Shown here piece by piece: positions 30,506-32,000 of a stretch of 32,000 nt of DNA. The notes beneath the pieces are model-generated. The model was not told the origin of the DNA, did no database searches, and was given only the letters and a program-made list of their open reading frames with translations. This stretch comes from Mycoplasmoides genitalium G37 (GTDB lineage: Bacteria; Bacillota_I; Bacilli_A; Mycoplasmatales; Mycoplasmoidaceae). How positions within the stretch are numbered: position 1 is the first letter of the stretch; each line of letters starts with the position of its first letter. Location of the stretch: assembly GCF_000027325.1 (NCBI RefSeq), contig NC_000908.2, forward strand, positions 548,077 to 580,076. The letters are read 5' to 3'. The translations under genes were made by a program, and so were the position numbers.

Positions 30506-31158
30506 TATTCTTCTATAACATTGTCAAGAATGATAGTTAAAATTCTCGAAATTGGGATATTAACTGCTTTGGAGTAATTTCTAACTTTTTGTCATACTCT
30601 TTGACTTGTATAGAAGTGTACACCTGTATCTAGTTTTTCTTGGCGTTCAACAGGAACTATTCCTGGTATTTTTGTTTTAGGTTGGGGAGGAATAGGCTGT
30701 GGTTGTGTGAATTGTTGTTGAAAATTTTGATTTTTTTGCTGTAAGAAACCATTATTATGATATTGAAAATTTTGTTCCTCTTGAAAATATCTCTCTTTTT
30801 TTGGTTTTCCAGAAAAATTTGATGAAAAAGATTTTTCTTCATTTCAATTTTCAAGATTATTTTCATTTTGTTGATTTATTTGCTCAGGCTGTTGAAATGA
30901 ATTATTTTTTGATCAAAAAGATTTTGGAAAGGTTTTTTCAAAAGCAGATAAAGGTCCAAAATCAAATGAAGATGAATCTTTGTCAAAAGATGTTTCTTCT
31001 CTTTTTGACAAATTTTGTTTTTGATTAAACTTATTTTTATTTTGGGGTGTTACTTTTTCTTTTATGGAAAACAAATCTTCTTCTAAAAGACTTTGTTCTG
31101 GGTCATCATCTTGTGCTAAATCAAAGAAAAAACGTTTCTTTTTGTTATTAATGGACAT
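30505..31158 (-). CDS. 217-aa code-4 ORF between parA/soj and dnaA: basic N-terminus, Q/N-rich linker, ribbon-helix-helix-like C-terminus (candidate ParA partner)
   Basis: The track shows only an 81-aa piece (30913..31158). The same frame continues through TGA at 30913, 30844 and 30592 to TAA 30505-30507. Hand translation: MSINNKKKRFFFDLAQDDDPEQ...FQQPEQINQQNENNLENWNEEK...QQQFTQPQPIPPQPKTKIPGIVPVERQEKLDTGVHFYTSQRVWQKVRNYSKAVNIPISRILTIILDNVIEE. The ATG overlaps the soj stop by 11 nt, and the stop shares a base with the dnaA ATG. Confidence 0.65.
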
Positions 31159-31957
31159 TGTAATTTGCTAAATTTAGGATTTCTTTTGTTATTTCTAAAT
31201 ACTCATTTAGATATTTTTTACTTGGTGATGATACTAATGATATTGGCAATTTTTCATAACCTACAGCTGCTGATGATTTTGATGTCAGAGAAACAAAATT
31301 TTTAGAAAAAGCTACATTATTTTTTTTAGCTTTTGTTTTAGCTAAATCTATTACTTCATTATGAAGACGAGTACGAACGTTAACTTTTGTAGGAACTAAA
31401 ATAGTTTTAAGATTTGTATTTTTTTCCTTAAATGTATCTATTGTTTCAACTATTCTCATCAAACCTAGCATCGAATATTGATCTGGTTCAAAGGGAATAA
31501 CTATGACATCTGATAAACTCATTGCAGTAGAAACTAAAGTTGCCATATTTGGTGGTGTATCTAATAAAACAAATTCATATCTTTTTGCTAGTTGCTTAAC
31601 TATTTCTGCTATATCTGAGGCCTTATATTTTTTACGTGATATGTCTATATCAGCAAAATTAAGTTCAAAATTACAAGGAAGAATATCAAGTCCCTCATAT
31701 ACAGATAGCAAGCAATCATCTATTTCAATGAAATTATTTGAACCACTGAATTTTGGAACCTTCAACAAAATGTCAATTAACGTGTTATTCAATCTTTCAG
31801 GGTTTTGTCCAAATGATGCAGAAACATTCCCCTGCCCGTCAAGATCAAGAATGACTTTTCGCCTTTCTGGACAAAGTTTAACCAATGATCCTGCAACATT
31901 AGTTGCCATTGTAGTTTTTAATACGCCGCCTTTATTATTTACAAAAGAAATGATCAT
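31148..31957 (-). CDS. soj: ParA/Soj-family partition ATPase
   Basis: Intact 269-aa ORF. The deviant Walker A with signature lysine (NNKGGVLKTT), Walker A' (ILDLDGQGN) and Walker B (VLLDTPP) are present. It has no N-terminal HTH extension, so it is the small ParA type. Confidence 0.93.
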   Translation of the reverse strand: MIISFVNNKGGVLKTTMATNVAGSLVKLCPERRKVILDLDGQGNVSASFGQNPERLNNTLIDILLKVPKFSGSNNFIEIDDCLLSVYEGLDILPCNFELNFADIDISRKKYKASDIAEIVKQLAKRYEFVLLDTPPNMATLVSTAMSLSDVIVIPFEPDQYSMLGLMRIVETIDTFKEKNTNLKTILVPTKVNVRTRLHNEVIDLAKTKAKKNNVAFSKNFVSLTSKSSAAVGYEKLPISLVSSPSKKYLNEYLEITKEILNLANYNVH

Positions 31958-32000
31958 ATATTTAAATGATTATAATATTTCTTTAATACTAAAAAAATAC

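Noticed and set aside
30718-30790. Short direct repeats TTGAAAATTTTG (30718-30729, 30763-30774) plus a partial third copy at 30781; considered as possible centromere-like iterons
   Set aside because: They encode the repeated peptide QNFQ/ENFQ inside the low-complexity linker and are very AT-rich. Coding repetition explains them well enough, so I do not claim a binding site.
30657-31028. Track ORFs 30657..30866 (-, 69 aa) and 30801..31028 (+, 75 aa) in the soj-dnaA interval
   Set aside because: Both lie in other frames or on the other strand of the low-complexity Q/N-rich part of the 217-codon code-4 ORF. They are typical shadow ORFs of AT-rich repetitive coding sequence. The 217-codon frame is the only one that spans the interval and docks onto both neighbours.
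1-32000. Scan for tRNA/rRNA genes, CRISPR repeat arrays, transposase/IS ends, MgPa-type repeats and phage or defence genes
   Set aside because: I found no T-loop or anticodon-arm-like sequences, no regularly spaced repeats, no terminal inverted repeats and no recognisable mobile or defence genes. After code-4 re-joining nearly every base is accounted for by housekeeping genes.

Overview
The window is a compact, AT-rich, almost fully coding stretch of a Mollicutes chromosome that must be read with genetic code 4 (TGA=Trp). The protein sequences (EF-Tu, FtsH, DnaA, GltX and others) and the gene order match my recollection of Mycoplasma (Mycoplasmoides) genitalium loci MG443 to MG470. That is the roughly 32 kb ending at the soj/dnaA side of the replication origin. 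This is recollection only; no search was run. The supplied ORF track uses the standard code and takes the first ATG/GTG/TTG as the start, so about 20 genes appear split, truncated or missing (rpsP, rnpA and rpmH are absent). I re-joined them by hand, checking frames codon by codon for TAA/TAG. This gives 33 CDS calls, 29 on the minus strand and 4 on the plus strand. I found no rRNA, tRNA, CRISPR array, transposase, prophage or obvious defence island. The content is ordinary housekeeping: ribosomal proteins, tuf, aminoacyl-tRNA synthetases, ftsH, ldh, hpt, yidC, rnpA/rpmH, an ABC system and dnaA. These items deserve a second look: (1) a 217-codon code-4 ORF wedged between the orphan ParA/Soj gene and dnaA, with a ribbon-helix-helix-like C-terminus, which may be the missing centromere-binding partner; (2) a 52-codon single-helix membrane smORF that abuts the ftsH start codon; (3) a YtpR-like tRNA-binding gene split across two frames at a T7 run; (4) an IspF-fold protein whose metal ligands appear degenerate; (5) a 193-codon ORF between ftsH and the next gene that only appears under code 4; (6) a roughly 600-bp non-coding gap that looks like a decayed type I R-M specificity (hsdS) gene; (7) an ATPase, 1783-aa permease, ATPase ABC module with odd N-terminal extensions. 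All family assignments are by eye from motifs, and none was confirmed by a database search.
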